A stretch of DNA of 64,000 nucleotides from a virus: the IMG/VR virus record IMGVR_UViG_3300032173_000002, positions 1-64,000 of that record; one strand, written 5' to 3'. The notes under the pieces are model-generated. The model was not told the DNA's origin, did no database searches, and saw only the letters and a list, made by a program, of their open reading frames with translations. The position numbers were made by a program, and so were the translations under genes. Positions 39,755-48,215 of this stretch are shown piece after piece (the stretch's first letter is position 1; every line of letters starts with the position of its first letter).

Positions 39755-41071
39755 TTGATTCATGCAAGGGATTTTCTTGAGGATCGAATAGTAAGGGAGC
39801 AGAGCTATACCACAGGAGTGGATTTATCCAAGAAGACTGTTTTGGTTTATGATTTTGGTCTTTTCTCTGGAATAGCGGAGCGCCTCGGTAGAAGCTTCGG
39901 AAAGGTCTATTACCATGTTCCGTGGGAGGACGCCTATCCCAGGGCTGGAAAGGCCCTCGTTGGGCGAGGTCTTCCTGGAGTGGAGAAGGCTTTGGAGTTT
40001 TGGCCTTTGGTGGACAAAGTGGACCTGATTTTCTTCCCGGATACTCATTGCTCAGCACTGGCAAGACACCTGAAGGATCTAGGTTATCCTGTTGCTGCTG
40101 CCTTGGAGGCGGAGAGTTTGGAACTGGACAGGGCTTTCGGTAGGCAAGTTCAGAAAGAGATGGGTTTGGACTACCAAAAGACAGATCGAGTAATTGGTGT
40201 CTCCAACTTGCTAAAGTATCTTGCAGACTATCCAGATGGTGGAAAGTATGTGAAGATTGATATATTCCGGGGAGAAGTGGAAACATTTCAGCACATTGAC
40301 TTACCTACCAGCAAAGGGATTTTGGATGTGTTTACCGCAGATATGGGACCCGCAGCAGAGACCATTCCCTTTTTAGTGGAGGAGAAGGTATCTGGTGTGG
40401 AAGGGGGTCTAGATACCATCGTTTGGGATGGGGAGACTCTTTCTCCTACTTGGTTTAGCTACCTTGATGAAAATGCCTATATTGCTAAGACGATGGATTT
40501 CAAAGAAGTTCCTGACCCGTTTCGGAAAGTTCACGAAGGGTTAGCTCCGGTATTCCGTAAATGGGGCACTAAGTTTTTCTTCTCCACTGAGATTATTTAT
40601 GGAAAGAGTCATAGTAAGGCATATCTGATAGATTATACTCTGCGGAACGCAAATCCCTGTATCTCTACTTTACAAGCGGAGGTGATCAAGAACTTCCCGG
40701 AGCTGATTTGGGCTATGGGTACTGGGGAGAGAGTGGATCCCTGGATCGAGGCTCCATATTGTGGTAGTGTGATACTCAACTCTCGGTGGTTCATAAATAA
40801 CTGGGGACATGTGAAGGTGGATCCCTCTGTGAAGCCTTTTGTTACTTTTCGCTTTCACTATCGGGATAAGGACGGAGAGCCGTATCGGTTGCCTGGCTAC
40901 TCCTCGATGGTGGCTTTTGCTTTGGCTTGGGGGGACTCGGTAGAAGAGGTGATTGCCCTTCTGGAGGAAAGGCAAGCAAAGGTGAGCTTCCCTTGTCAGG
41001 AGAAGTCTTTTCCCAGGGACGAGATAATGAAGGGTTTAGCTGCTTTTGAGAAGGAAGGTATCGAATTCTAA
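39755..41071 (+). CDS. ATP-grasp enzyme, PurD (GAR synthetase)-like, with N-terminal leader
   Basis: LELDRAFG, YVKID, FLVEEKVSGVE, STE, IDYTLR; begins MIHARDFLE. Confidence 0.7.
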   Translation: MIHARDFLEDRIVREQSYTTGVDLSKKTVLVYDFGLFSGIAERLGRSFGKVYYHVPWEDAYPRAGKALVGRGLPGVEKALEFWPLVDKVDLIFFPDTHCSALARHLKDLGYPVAAALEAESLELDRAFGRQVQKEMGLDYQKTDRVIGVSNLLKYLADYPDGGKYVKIDIFRGEVETFQHIDLPTSKGILDVFTADMGPAAETIPFLVEEKVSGVEGGLDTIVWDGETLSPTWFSYLDENAYIAKTMDFKEVPDPFRKVHEGLAPVFRKWGTKFFFSTEIIYGKSHSKAYLIDYTLRNANPCISTLQAEVIKNFPELIWAMGTGERVDPWIEAPYCGSVILNSRWFINNWGHVKVDPSVKPFVTFRFHYRDKDGEPYRLPGYSSMVAFALAWGDSVEEVIALLEERQAKVSFPCQEKSFPRDEIMKGLAAFEKEGIEF

Positions 41072-41092
41072 GGAGACAGAAAGGAGACAGAA

Positions 41093-41317
41093 ATGAGCAA
41101 AGCGCAGGAGTTACTAACTCAACTTCTTGAGCGGGATGTAGGTTCTGTTTACTCTAAAGCAGTTTCCTTGGGATATACCTACATTCGTGGGGGGAAACCT
41201 GATAAGACAGGCAAAGTCTGGCTGACCAGGTTTACCAAGTCGGGTGACCCGGATAGCCCTGCTATTTTTGTTGGGTATGATGAGGAGACGGGAGAGTTTG
41301 TAGTAGAGGAAGAGTAG
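41093..41317 (+). CDS. leader-bearing small protein
   Basis: MSKAQELLTQLLE. Confidence 0.7.
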   Translation: MSKAQELLTQLLERDVGSVYSKAVSLGYTYIRGGKPDKTGKVWLTRFTKSGDPDSPAIFVGYDEETGEFVVEEE

Positions 41318-41400
41318 AGTGTCGAATTCTAAGCCTAAGACCAGGGCTATGCAATTCCTTGAAGATGGTGATTAGCAGGAACGGAAAAGGGAGGCTAAAA

Positions 41401-41733
41401 ATGAGCAAAGCGCAGGAGTTAATTGGTGTTCTTAATGAAACAGGGGAGATGTCATACAGGGATATTGAACCTGGCGGAGAGGATTATGAATGGGCTAAGG
41501 CAATTGAGGGTGCCGTAAGGAGGATAGAGAGCAAAACGGGAGGCAAGCTGAAATTCATCGAGATGAGACCTTTTGACAAGTACCAAGGACCATATGCCAG
41601 TGTTACAATAAATGGAAGGAGAGATCGTATTTGGGATGCCGGTGATCCTGAAAAACCGCTTGCCCTTTACATAGAGGAACTCGGTTTTACTGGAACTGAG
41701 GATGAAGTAGCAGACTATATCAATAGTCTTTAG
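41401..41733 (+). CDS. leader-bearing small protein
   Basis: GGAGG RBS; MSKAQELIGVLNE; first 21 nt identical to 41093. Confidence 0.7.
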   Translation: MSKAQELIGVLNETGEMSYRDIEPGGEDYEWAKAIEGAVRRIESKTGGKLKFIEMRPFDKYQGPYASVTINGRRDRIWDAGDPEKPLALYIEELGFTGTEDEVADYINSL

Positions 41734-41782
41734 TAGTCCTGTATGGGCATGCAAGAAGCTATTAGCAGAGGATTCGGGTGAA

Positions 41783-42184
41783 ATGAATAGGGCCCGACAG
41801 TTTCTCGAATATAACAGTCAAGGCTGGATTGGCGTGGACTTGGATGGTACTCTTGCTCATTACGATTCTGGATATTCTAGTCACTTCATGGTGGGCCCAC
41901 CTATTCCAGCTATGCTGGCGAGAGTGAAGGATTGGCTGGCTCAAGGGAAGGATGTGAGAATCTTTACTGCTCGTGTAGCACCACCTCACTCCGAGGAGGT
42001 GATTGCAAGGCAGAGAGGAATAATTGAAGATTGGTGTTTGGAGCACCTCGGTACTGTCTTGCCTATTACAGCTACCAAGGATTACGAGATGCTGGAGTTA
42101 TGGGATGATCGCTGTGTGACTGTGGAAAAGAACACAGGAAGGTGTTTGACTTTATTGCGAGGAGAAATAGAAGGACTACAATGA
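41783..42184 (+). CDS. HAD-family (PNKP phosphatase-like) protein with leader
   Basis: GVDLDGTL, IFTAR, K, WDDR; begins MNRARQFLE. Confidence 0.8.
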   Translation: MNRARQFLEYNSQGWIGVDLDGTLAHYDSGYSSHFMVGPPIPAMLARVKDWLAQGKDVRIFTARVAPPHSEEVIARQRGIIEDWCLEHLGTVLPITATKDYEMLELWDDRCVTVEKNTGRCLTLLRGEIEGLQ

Positions 42185-42215
42185 GAGAGGGTTTTGAAAT
42201 TAAGGGAGGTCAAAG

Positions 42216-42509
42216 ATGAATAGGTCGCAGAAAGTTATGAAACTTCTTGAAGAAGAACAGGGCGATGCTCCGTTTTTCATTGACAAAACAAGTAAATATG
42301 GCTATAGGCTTGTCTTGAATAATAATCCATCCGGAAGGGCTTATCTCTATCTATACAATCCGGATGGAAAACTTGGGTTGCAAGAACCCTTAGAGACTTA
42401 TTTTCAATGGACACCAAACGGATGGTCTTCTGTATTTTTGGGGCTCGGCAAGTTCAAACCCTTGGAGGAGAAGGATGTCCTGAAAGTGTTCAAGAATTAT
42501 GGCTTTTAA
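42216..42509 (+). CDS. leader-bearing small protein
   Basis: MNRSQKVMKLLEE; GGAGGT RBS. Confidence 0.7.
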   Translation: MNRSQKVMKLLEEEQGDAPFFIDKTSKYGYRLVLNNNPSGRAYLYLYNPDGKLGLQEPLETYFQWTPNGWSSVFLGLGKFKPLEEKDVLKVFKNYGF

Positions 42510-42591
42510 TTCCATGGTAGCCATATTTGTTCATGTCGGATGAAACAGGAAGGTGCTTGACTTTGCCAACTAAATCCCAGGGAGGACTAGA

Positions 42592-42822
42592 ATGAGCATA
42601 GCAAATAGATTTTTGGAGCAATTTATGGAGGGCTATAAGATTAGAGGTTGGATTTATGATGGAGATATTCACTGCGAGGGTTGTGCGTATGATCGGTTTG
42701 GAGTTAGAATTTACGACGAGGAGAATCCTCCAGAGGACAGCGAAGGGAATCCTATAACTCCTTTGTTTGCATCAGATGCAATAGGAGATGAGGTTTGTGG
42801 CGATTGTGGCTCACCGTTATAG
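42592..42822 (+). CDS. leader-bearing Zn-finger protein
   Basis: MSIANRFLEQFME; CEGC...CGDC. Confidence 0.7.
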   Translation: MSIANRFLEQFMEGYKIRGWIYDGDIHCEGCAYDRFGVRIYDEENPPEDSEGNPITPLFASDAIGDEVCGDCGSPL

Positions 42823-43216
42823 TAGCAGATCGGAAGCGAAGTCTAAAGCAGCTATCTTGATACGGGGGATTGAGGAGCTTTATCCTCTTTCAGAAGAGAT
42901 GATTTCGGTAAAAAAGCTAGATGGAAGAACAGAGTATAAGCTGGGTCCTGTAACAGTGATTGTCTGTTACGACGATATTGTTCTTGATTCGGAGGGGACT
43001 CGGCTCTCGCAAGAGACGGGATGGTGGGATTATAGAGGGATAATCTACATCTGGGGGCCTGAGTTAAGTCGTATGCAGAAGCTGGGAATAGGAATTCATG
43101 AGTTTGTGGAGATGGTCTTAGAAAGTAAGTTGAGGATGCCCCATAGCTGGTCTCATTTTGTAAGTAACGTCTTAGAGTTTGTTTTTACTCTGGGGAGATC
43201 AAAACCTGATTGGTAA
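42788..43216 (+). CDS. hypothetical protein with HExxE..H metal-binding-like motif
   Basis: IHEFVE...WSH; start uncertain; KSKAAILIRGIEE leader-like segment. Confidence 0.55.
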   Translation: MRFVAIVAHRYSSRSEAKSKAAILIRGIEELYPLSEEMISVKKLDGRTEYKLGPVTVIVCYDDIVLDSEGTRLSQETGWWDYRGIIYIWGPELSRMQKLGIGIHEFVEMVLESKLRMPHSWSHFVSNVLEFVFTLGRSKPDW

Positions 43217-43227
43217 GGAGATAAGAG

Positions 43228-43422
43228 ATGAAAAAGATTATCCCAGATACTGCTGAAGAGTTTACTTCCTGGCCAGAAAGCAAAGGAGGGGATGTCCTGG
43301 AGGAAACTCATCAGACTACCCCTTCCGGAAAACCTACAGAGTCAGGCTCTCCAAAGGGCTCCACTCCTGATTGGTTATACAAGAGGGAGATTTCAAGAGC
43401 TCACGGCGATTTAGTGATTTAG
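43228..43422 (+). CDS. small hypothetical protein
   Basis: TAAGGAG RBS. Confidence 0.55.
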   Translation: MKKIIPDTAEEFTSWPESKGGDVLEETHQTTPSGKPTESGSPKGSTPDWLYKREISRAHGDLVI

Positions 43423-43437
43423 GAGGGGACATCTACC

Positions 43438-44361
43438 ATGAGAGATGTACTCTATGAAGCGGAGCAGGAGGAGATTGGTCGCATAAGGGATCAGATCGCC
43501 GATCTCCAACAGCGAAAGTCAGATGCTGAGGACGAGGAGGAGAAGGCGAGGATCAATCTGGAGATAGCCCGACTAAAGAAAGACCTGAGTGATTTGAAAG
43601 ATGAGATCAAACCGGAGGAGTTCTCAGGAGGAGGTCGTTATATGAGCAGAGCAAGGTTTGTATTGCGAGAGTTTCATGCTCTGGAACAGCAAGCCATGGA
43701 TGTTGAGGTACAGAAGAAGCTGGACGAGTTTATTTCTCTCTATCGTGAGATGAAGTCTCTGGAAGCAAGAATAGAGGTCCTATCTGCTCGCAGTGATATT
43801 CTCCAGAAGGAGCTTGTTCCCATTATAAAGGAGTCTGCCGAGCAGATGGCTCTAGTGGAGAATGCGACAGTCAAATATAAGACTAGAGCAGTTACATCTC
43901 TTTCTTACAAGACTCTCTTTGAACAGGCCTTGGGTAAGGTGAATAAACAGACTCGTGCCATATTGGAGGACCTGAAAGAAAAGCTCACTTCCTCCTATGT
44001 GAAGGAGTTTCTGGATGTGAAGGCAGAGTCCTGGTTTACGGATTTGGTGGACAAATTTCGTAACTGGATTCGCTCGGTGGTGGAAAAGCTTGGTGTATTG
44101 AAGAGCGCTGTAGCTGAGTTACTTTCTGTGGCACAGCGGGAGCCTTCTGAATCGGAAGCATTTAGATATGGGGATAAGATTAGGTCTGCGGTAGACAAGG
44201 CTGTAACCCTCTTTCATAACAAGGGTAGCATTACGAAGGATGATGTGGTTTCTGTTTTGATAAAAGTCCTTGGCAGGATGGGGTGGGTGGCAGAAGATGT
44301 AGAGGAGGTAGTAGATCAGTTGAGGTCTGCTCATGGTATTAGAGTGAAGGAGAGCAGGTGA
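43438..44361 (+). CDS. coiled-coil putative head core protein with internal start at 43642
   Basis: Internal GGAGGAGGT RBS plus MSRARFVLREFHALE. Confidence 0.7.
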   Translation: MRDVLYEAEQEEIGRIRDQIADLQQRKSDAEDEEEKARINLEIARLKKDLSDLKDEIKPEEFSGGGRYMSRARFVLREFHALEQQAMDVEVQKKLDEFISLYREMKSLEARIEVLSARSDILQKELVPIIKESAEQMALVENATVKYKTRAVTSLSYKTLFEQALGKVNKQTRAILEDLKEKLTSSYVKEFLDVKAESWFTDLVDKFRNWIRSVVEKLGVLKSAVAELLSVAQREPSESEAFRYGDKIRSAVDKAVTLFHNKGSITKDDVVSVLIKVLGRMGWVAEDVEEVVDQLRSAHGIRVKESR

Positions 44362-45086
44362 GATTCCATTCTGATTGTGATAAACGACTCTTCCTCTTAG
44401 AAGTGGGGAGAGTCGATTTACTGGATAAAGTGAAGGGCGATTCCTGGGAACCCTCCTCTGACTTGGTGGAGCTTTTTATCAAGGGTCGGCAATCCTTGAT
44501 TCCTAAACTGAAGGACTTCCGCAGGTCACAAGCCACAAAGTCAGCATGGAGGCACCACCGACCTGCCTTCTTAAAGGGGATTCGTACCTTTCATAGGTCA
44601 ACAGCGGGAAAGCGGTTCCACCGAACATTAGGCAGGTGGTTAGCCACTCGTCTTCAAGATAGGGATAAGTTTGGTTCTATCTACTCTTTGCGAAATGAGT
44701 CCCTGGAGCAGAGAGTGGATTTGCTTAGGGCTATTACTTCCATTATGAACTATGCTTTTCAAGAGTTGGAGTTCTATCACGATCTTTATGAGGAGCTGGA
44801 TTACTGGGAATTTTTGGAAGAGCTTTTCCCCATTGCTGAATCCATAGAGAGGAAGCTGTTTTCTGGGGAGGATGAGTTGACTGAGGAAGAGATAGATGTG
44901 CTTGCAAGAATGGTAGAGGATGATGAGATAGTAGCTTCTGTCGCAGAGGCCATAGGGAGAAGCAGGGAGGATGTCTGGAATAGGCTAAGAGAAGTTAGGT
45001 CAAAGAGCGAATCGGATGAGGAGATCGGGTGGGGACTGAGATTATTTCAGGAAATGTTATCTCTGACGGAGGTCAAGAATGACTAG
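44358..45086 (+). CDS. putative prohead core protein (basic middle, acidic C-terminus)
   Basis: KDFRRSQATKSAWR...RFHR basic segment; located in the head gene region. Confidence 0.55.
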   Translation: MRFHSDCDKRLFLLEVGRVDLLDKVKGDSWEPSSDLVELFIKGRQSLIPKLKDFRRSQATKSAWRHHRPAFLKGIRTFHRSTAGKRFHRTLGRWLATRLQDRDKFGSIYSLRNESLEQRVDLLRAITSIMNYAFQELEFYHDLYEELDYWEFLEELFPIAESIERKLFSGEDELTEEEIDVLARMVEDDEIVASVAEAIGRSREDVWNRLREVRSKSESDEEIGWGLRLFQEMLSLTEVKND

Positions 45087-45105
45087 GAAAGGAGGGAGTT
45101 GAGGG

Positions 45106-45696
45106 ATGAGTAAGCTAAGGTCGGGAAGAATTACGGAGGAACTGGGGACTCTCTGGGTAGCCCCAGGGATGGGAGCTACTGTAGATGAACTACTGGCCAG
45201 TTTGCAAGGTGCGCAACATTTGGCTGGCTGGGAGGCTGCTGCGGCAAACTTACTCAGACTGAAAAATGAGAGGGGTGAGGATTGGAGGACGAACTTGGCA
45301 CTGATGACGGGGTGGCCTCTTCAAGAGTATGATATGGCTCGCATGGCTTCTGCTGCTGTTGAGTCCAAGAGGAAGCCAGTTTCTGCCAGCAGCTTTATAG
45401 CTGAGTTTCGGTGTTTAGAAGGAGAAGAGGATGAGGAGCAAGTAAGAGAATATGAAAAAAGGAAGAAGCTTGAAACTCGTACAGCAGAGGACGGTAGTCT
45501 TCTGGTCAAGATTGGGGAAGACAGGTGGCAGAAGCTCCCCAGAGGCTGGACTGAGGATAGCCTACGAAAGTTTTGGAAGAGCTTGACTGGGGATCGTAAG
45601 CACAAGATCACTGCTTGTATGAAGAAGATGGCGGGGATCATTGATGATCCAGGGGCATTCTGTGGTGGTCTCGCTTCTCGACTGGGGGAAAGATAA
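45106..45696 (+). CDS. hypothetical protein
   Basis: 196 aa; internal leader-like SASSFIAEFRCLE. Confidence 0.65.
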   Translation: MSKLRSGRITEELGTLWVAPGMGATVDELLASLQGAQHLAGWEAAAANLLRLKNERGEDWRTNLALMTGWPLQEYDMARMASAAVESKRKPVSASSFIAEFRCLEGEEDEEQVREYEKRKKLETRTAEDGSLLVKIGEDRWQKLPRGWTEDSLRKFWKSLTGDRKHKITACMKKMAGIIDDPGAFCGGLASRLGER

Positions 45697-45956
45697 TGTG
45701 GACAGGGACAGCAGCACAGTATATTCTTCCATTTCATGAATCCGTTCGTGAATCCGTTCTTGATGGGGTGGACAGGCTGATAGCTGATCACGGACTGGGG
45801 GATGTGTTATCGGCATTGGTCCAGACTTGTGAGAACCGTTACAGCAAGGCATCTCTAAATGGGTGGTCTGATAGAGCCCAATTCTGGAAACGATTGAGGG
45901 ACAGGCTAATTCCATTGGCTACGGAGGTATTACAGGATGAGGGGACTGCCCCATGA
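45696..45956 (+). CDS. hypothetical protein
   Basis: TAATG coupling. Confidence 0.6.
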   Translation: MWTGTAAQYILPFHESVRESVLDGVDRLIADHGLGDVLSALVQTCENRYSKASLNGWSDRAQFWKRLRDRLIPLATEVLQDEGTAP

Positions 45957-46023
45957 TCTCTGCTAAGAGTTTTCTCAAGGGACAGAAGTACGATGTTAAA
46001 ACTGGAAAGAAGTTGGAGGGGCA

Positions 46024-46845
46024 ATGAGGAGTGCAAGTGAAGTAATTAGACTATGGGAAGATGCTGATGAGGATTCTTCCCAGCAAAGTGTTTCTAATCT
46101 GGGTGCTATTCCTAATCCTGCGGCAGGAGTAGTGACTATCCAGCATCCAAATCGAATTCGCAGGAGATTCAAGAAAACAAAGTGGCCTTGGGGCTACGAA
46201 GACAGGGAGGACAGAAAAATGTCGAGGGCTAAGGATTTCCTGGGCATATTTGAGCAGGATGAGCCGGCTGTAATGGATGTTACGCCTGGGGAAGTAGAGA
46301 CTTCAGTAGAGGAGAAACCGATTGACAAAGAGGAGCTTCTCACTAAGATCTCATCTATGAAGGATCTTATTGATGGGTCTATGGACACTTGTATAGCTAC
46401 CATCAAGAGAGCAGAGACGGATGACGAGATTAAGATGGCGTCTTCTGTACTCCGGGCAACCCTGAGTGGGGTTGTGAGTGGTTTTCAGGAGGGGCGTAAC
46501 AAGCCAAAGGTGAGGAAGCGGGAAGTTCGAGAGCAGGCCTGGCTAGACACGGGAGAAGTAGACTTATGTGCTAACTATGATCCGGATGAGGCTTCTTGCA
46601 AGTCCGGCTGCTCAAGTGAAGTGGTAGTGGCAGGCGATGTGTGTCCTTACATACAGGACCAATCTGTGTGTGACTGCTATTTGGCGGAGTCGGGTGAGTC
46701 GCAAAAGAAAGTCCGGGAGCAATTTGATTGTGGTAACTTAATTGAGGGTGAAATATGCGAAACAGGATGTCCAACAGAAGGGGTAGATAAGGGTAGCAAG
46801 TGTCCATTTTTAGGTAGTCAAATGGGCTGTGGCTGTTATCAATAG
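46024..46845 (+). CDS. leader-bearing polyprotein-like ORF with two 6-Cys modules; internal start at 46219
   Basis: MRSASEVIRLWE; GGGAGG plus MSRAKDFLGIFE; VREQ precedes each Cys module. Confidence 0.75.
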   Translation: MRSASEVIRLWEDADEDSSQQSVSNLGAIPNPAAGVVTIQHPNRIRRRFKKTKWPWGYEDREDRKMSRAKDFLGIFEQDEPAVMDVTPGEVETSVEEKPIDKEELLTKISSMKDLIDGSMDTCIATIKRAETDDEIKMASSVLRATLSGVVSGFQEGRNKPKVRKREVREQAWLDTGEVDLCANYDPDEASCKSGCSSEVVVAGDVCPYIQDQSVCDCYLAESGESQKKVREQFDCGNLIEGEICETGCPTEGVDKGSKCPFLGSQMGCGCYQ

Positions 46846-46854
46846 GAGCTTGAA

Positions 46855-47085
46855 ATGACTAAAGCAGCTAATCTGATCCGCGAGCTTTCTGAAGAGGAAG
46901 CTCCTCGCTGCGTCAATTTGGGGAGTGATCAGCAATGTGTCACAGGCTGTATGGTCCGTGAGGAGGGGATAGTTCCCCAGGGTGCACCTTGTCCCCACTT
47001 GGATTCATTCACTGTATGTCCGTGCTATCAGGCTTCCAGACCTTACAGGAAGCCCTGGGAAGGGAAGACGAAGAAAGGCCCATGA
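46855..47085 (+). CDS. leader-bearing 6-Cys module protein
   Basis: MTKAANLIRELSE; C..CVTGC..GAPCPH..CPCY. Confidence 0.75.
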   Translation: MTKAANLIRELSEEEAPRCVNLGSDQQCVTGCMVREEGIVPQGAPCPHLDSFTVCPCYQASRPYRKPWEGKTKKGP

Positions 47086-47330
47086 ACATAGTTTCGAGGG
47101 CTCGGCGAGTCCAAGATGCGCTTGGAGAACCCCTTAGCGAAGGAGACTCTACAGTTCTCTACTTTACAAGAGTTTTTGTAGGTGGCCCTTTTGCTGGAGT
47201 GGCTATGAATGACTATAAGCTTTTCTCCTCCGCCAAGGAAGCAATCGAGTGGGCTAAGAAAGGCAAGGAGGGAATTGAAAATTGGAAAGTGATCAAGGCT
47301 TCTTTCCAGAAGTATTGGAGGGACAGGTAA
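47082..47330 (+). CDS. leader-bearing small protein
   Basis: ATGA coupling; MNIVSRARRVQDALGE. Confidence 0.6.
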   Translation: MNIVSRARRVQDALGEPLSEGDSTVLYFTRVFVGGPFAGVAMNDYKLFSSAKEAIEWAKKGKEGIENWKVIKASFQKYWRDR

Positions 47331-47331
47331 G

Positions 47332-47703
47332 ATGGGTTTGGCCAGAGATGTTTTGAAACTGGTGGAAGAGATAGAGAAGGGGGGATCGCTGAGGTTTAAG
47401 AGGACCCTTAAATCTGGCTCTTGGTTAAGGCCAGGAAGCTTTGCGCCTCACAGGTCGAAGTGGGGTATTTATTCGAAGGACGGAAAGATTTTGGGTATTC
47501 TTCAGCATGGGGGTGGAAACAATGGCTGGTGCGTATTGGATGCTGTGACTAGGAAACCCGTGACTAATAGTGATCAGCTATTGAATTTTAGACAGGCCTG
47601 GGATGCGGCCAAGGGAATTTTTTCAGGAGCGCCAATCTCCCAGGAGACTGGTGGGGCTGTATTGCCCTCCTCTGAATCTTTGATTCTTAGGAGAATGAGG
47701 TGA
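47332..47703 (+). CDS. leader-bearing small protein
   Basis: MGLARDVLKLVEE. Confidence 0.7.
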   Translation: MGLARDVLKLVEEIEKGGSLRFKRTLKSGSWLRPGSFAPHRSKWGIYSKDGKILGILQHGGGNNGWCVLDAVTRKPVTNSDQLLNFRQAWDAAKGIFSGAPISQETGGAVLPSSESLILRRMR

Positions 47704-47707
47704 GCAG

Positions 47708-47980
47708 TTGAAAGGGAATAATGTTGCTCTGGACTACTTGTATTCTTTAGCTACTCACAGACCTGCTTCTTGGGATTTCATAGACTCCACTGACTTTAGT
47801 TTACTCCCTTCCTGGGTCAGGTCTTATCTGGAGGGATTGGAGGTCCGCGAAGTAAGTGGTAATCCGGAGTCTACAGGAGAGGATTGTCTGTTACGGAGGG
47901 AGGGACAATTGTTCTGGGTAAGTATAGGTGCTCGTTATTTGAGAATTGAGAATTTTGTAGCAAAGGGAGGTGACTTATGA
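47708..47980 (+). CDS. hypothetical protein
   Basis: GAGGTG RBS, TTG start. Confidence 0.55.
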   Translation: MKGNNVALDYLYSLATHRPASWDFIDSTDFSLLPSWVRSYLEGLEVREVSGNPESTGEDCLLRREGQLFWVSIGARYLRIENFVAKGGDL

Positions 47981-48186
47981 AATATGGAGTGTGGTGGATA
48001 GATGCTGATCAGAAAGAGCAGAAGGAGTATTTCGACACTGAGGATGCAAGGATGGCGAAGGTCAAGGAGTTGATGGCCACTAACTTGCCCTGGAAGCTGA
48101 TACCGGAGCATAGGGTTGCGGGATCAAGCATGACAACAGCTAAGGATGTCCTTAAACTGGTGGAAGAGATAGGCTCAAGAGGCTAA
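47977..48186 (+). CDS. hypothetical protein ending in a leader copy
   Basis: GGAGGTG RBS; C-terminal MTTAKDVLKLVEE. Confidence 0.6.
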   Translation: MKYGVWWIDADQKEQKEYFDTEDARMAKVKELMATNLPWKLIPEHRVAGSSMTTAKDVLKLVEEIGSRG

Positions 48187-48215
48187 ACAACTATAACAGA
48201 AGGAGGTAACAAACA

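Noticed and set aside
39755-41071. Calling this gene purD as an auxiliary metabolic gene
   Set aside because: It lacks the PurD N-terminal GxGGREH motif and purine context; only the ATP-grasp fold is supported
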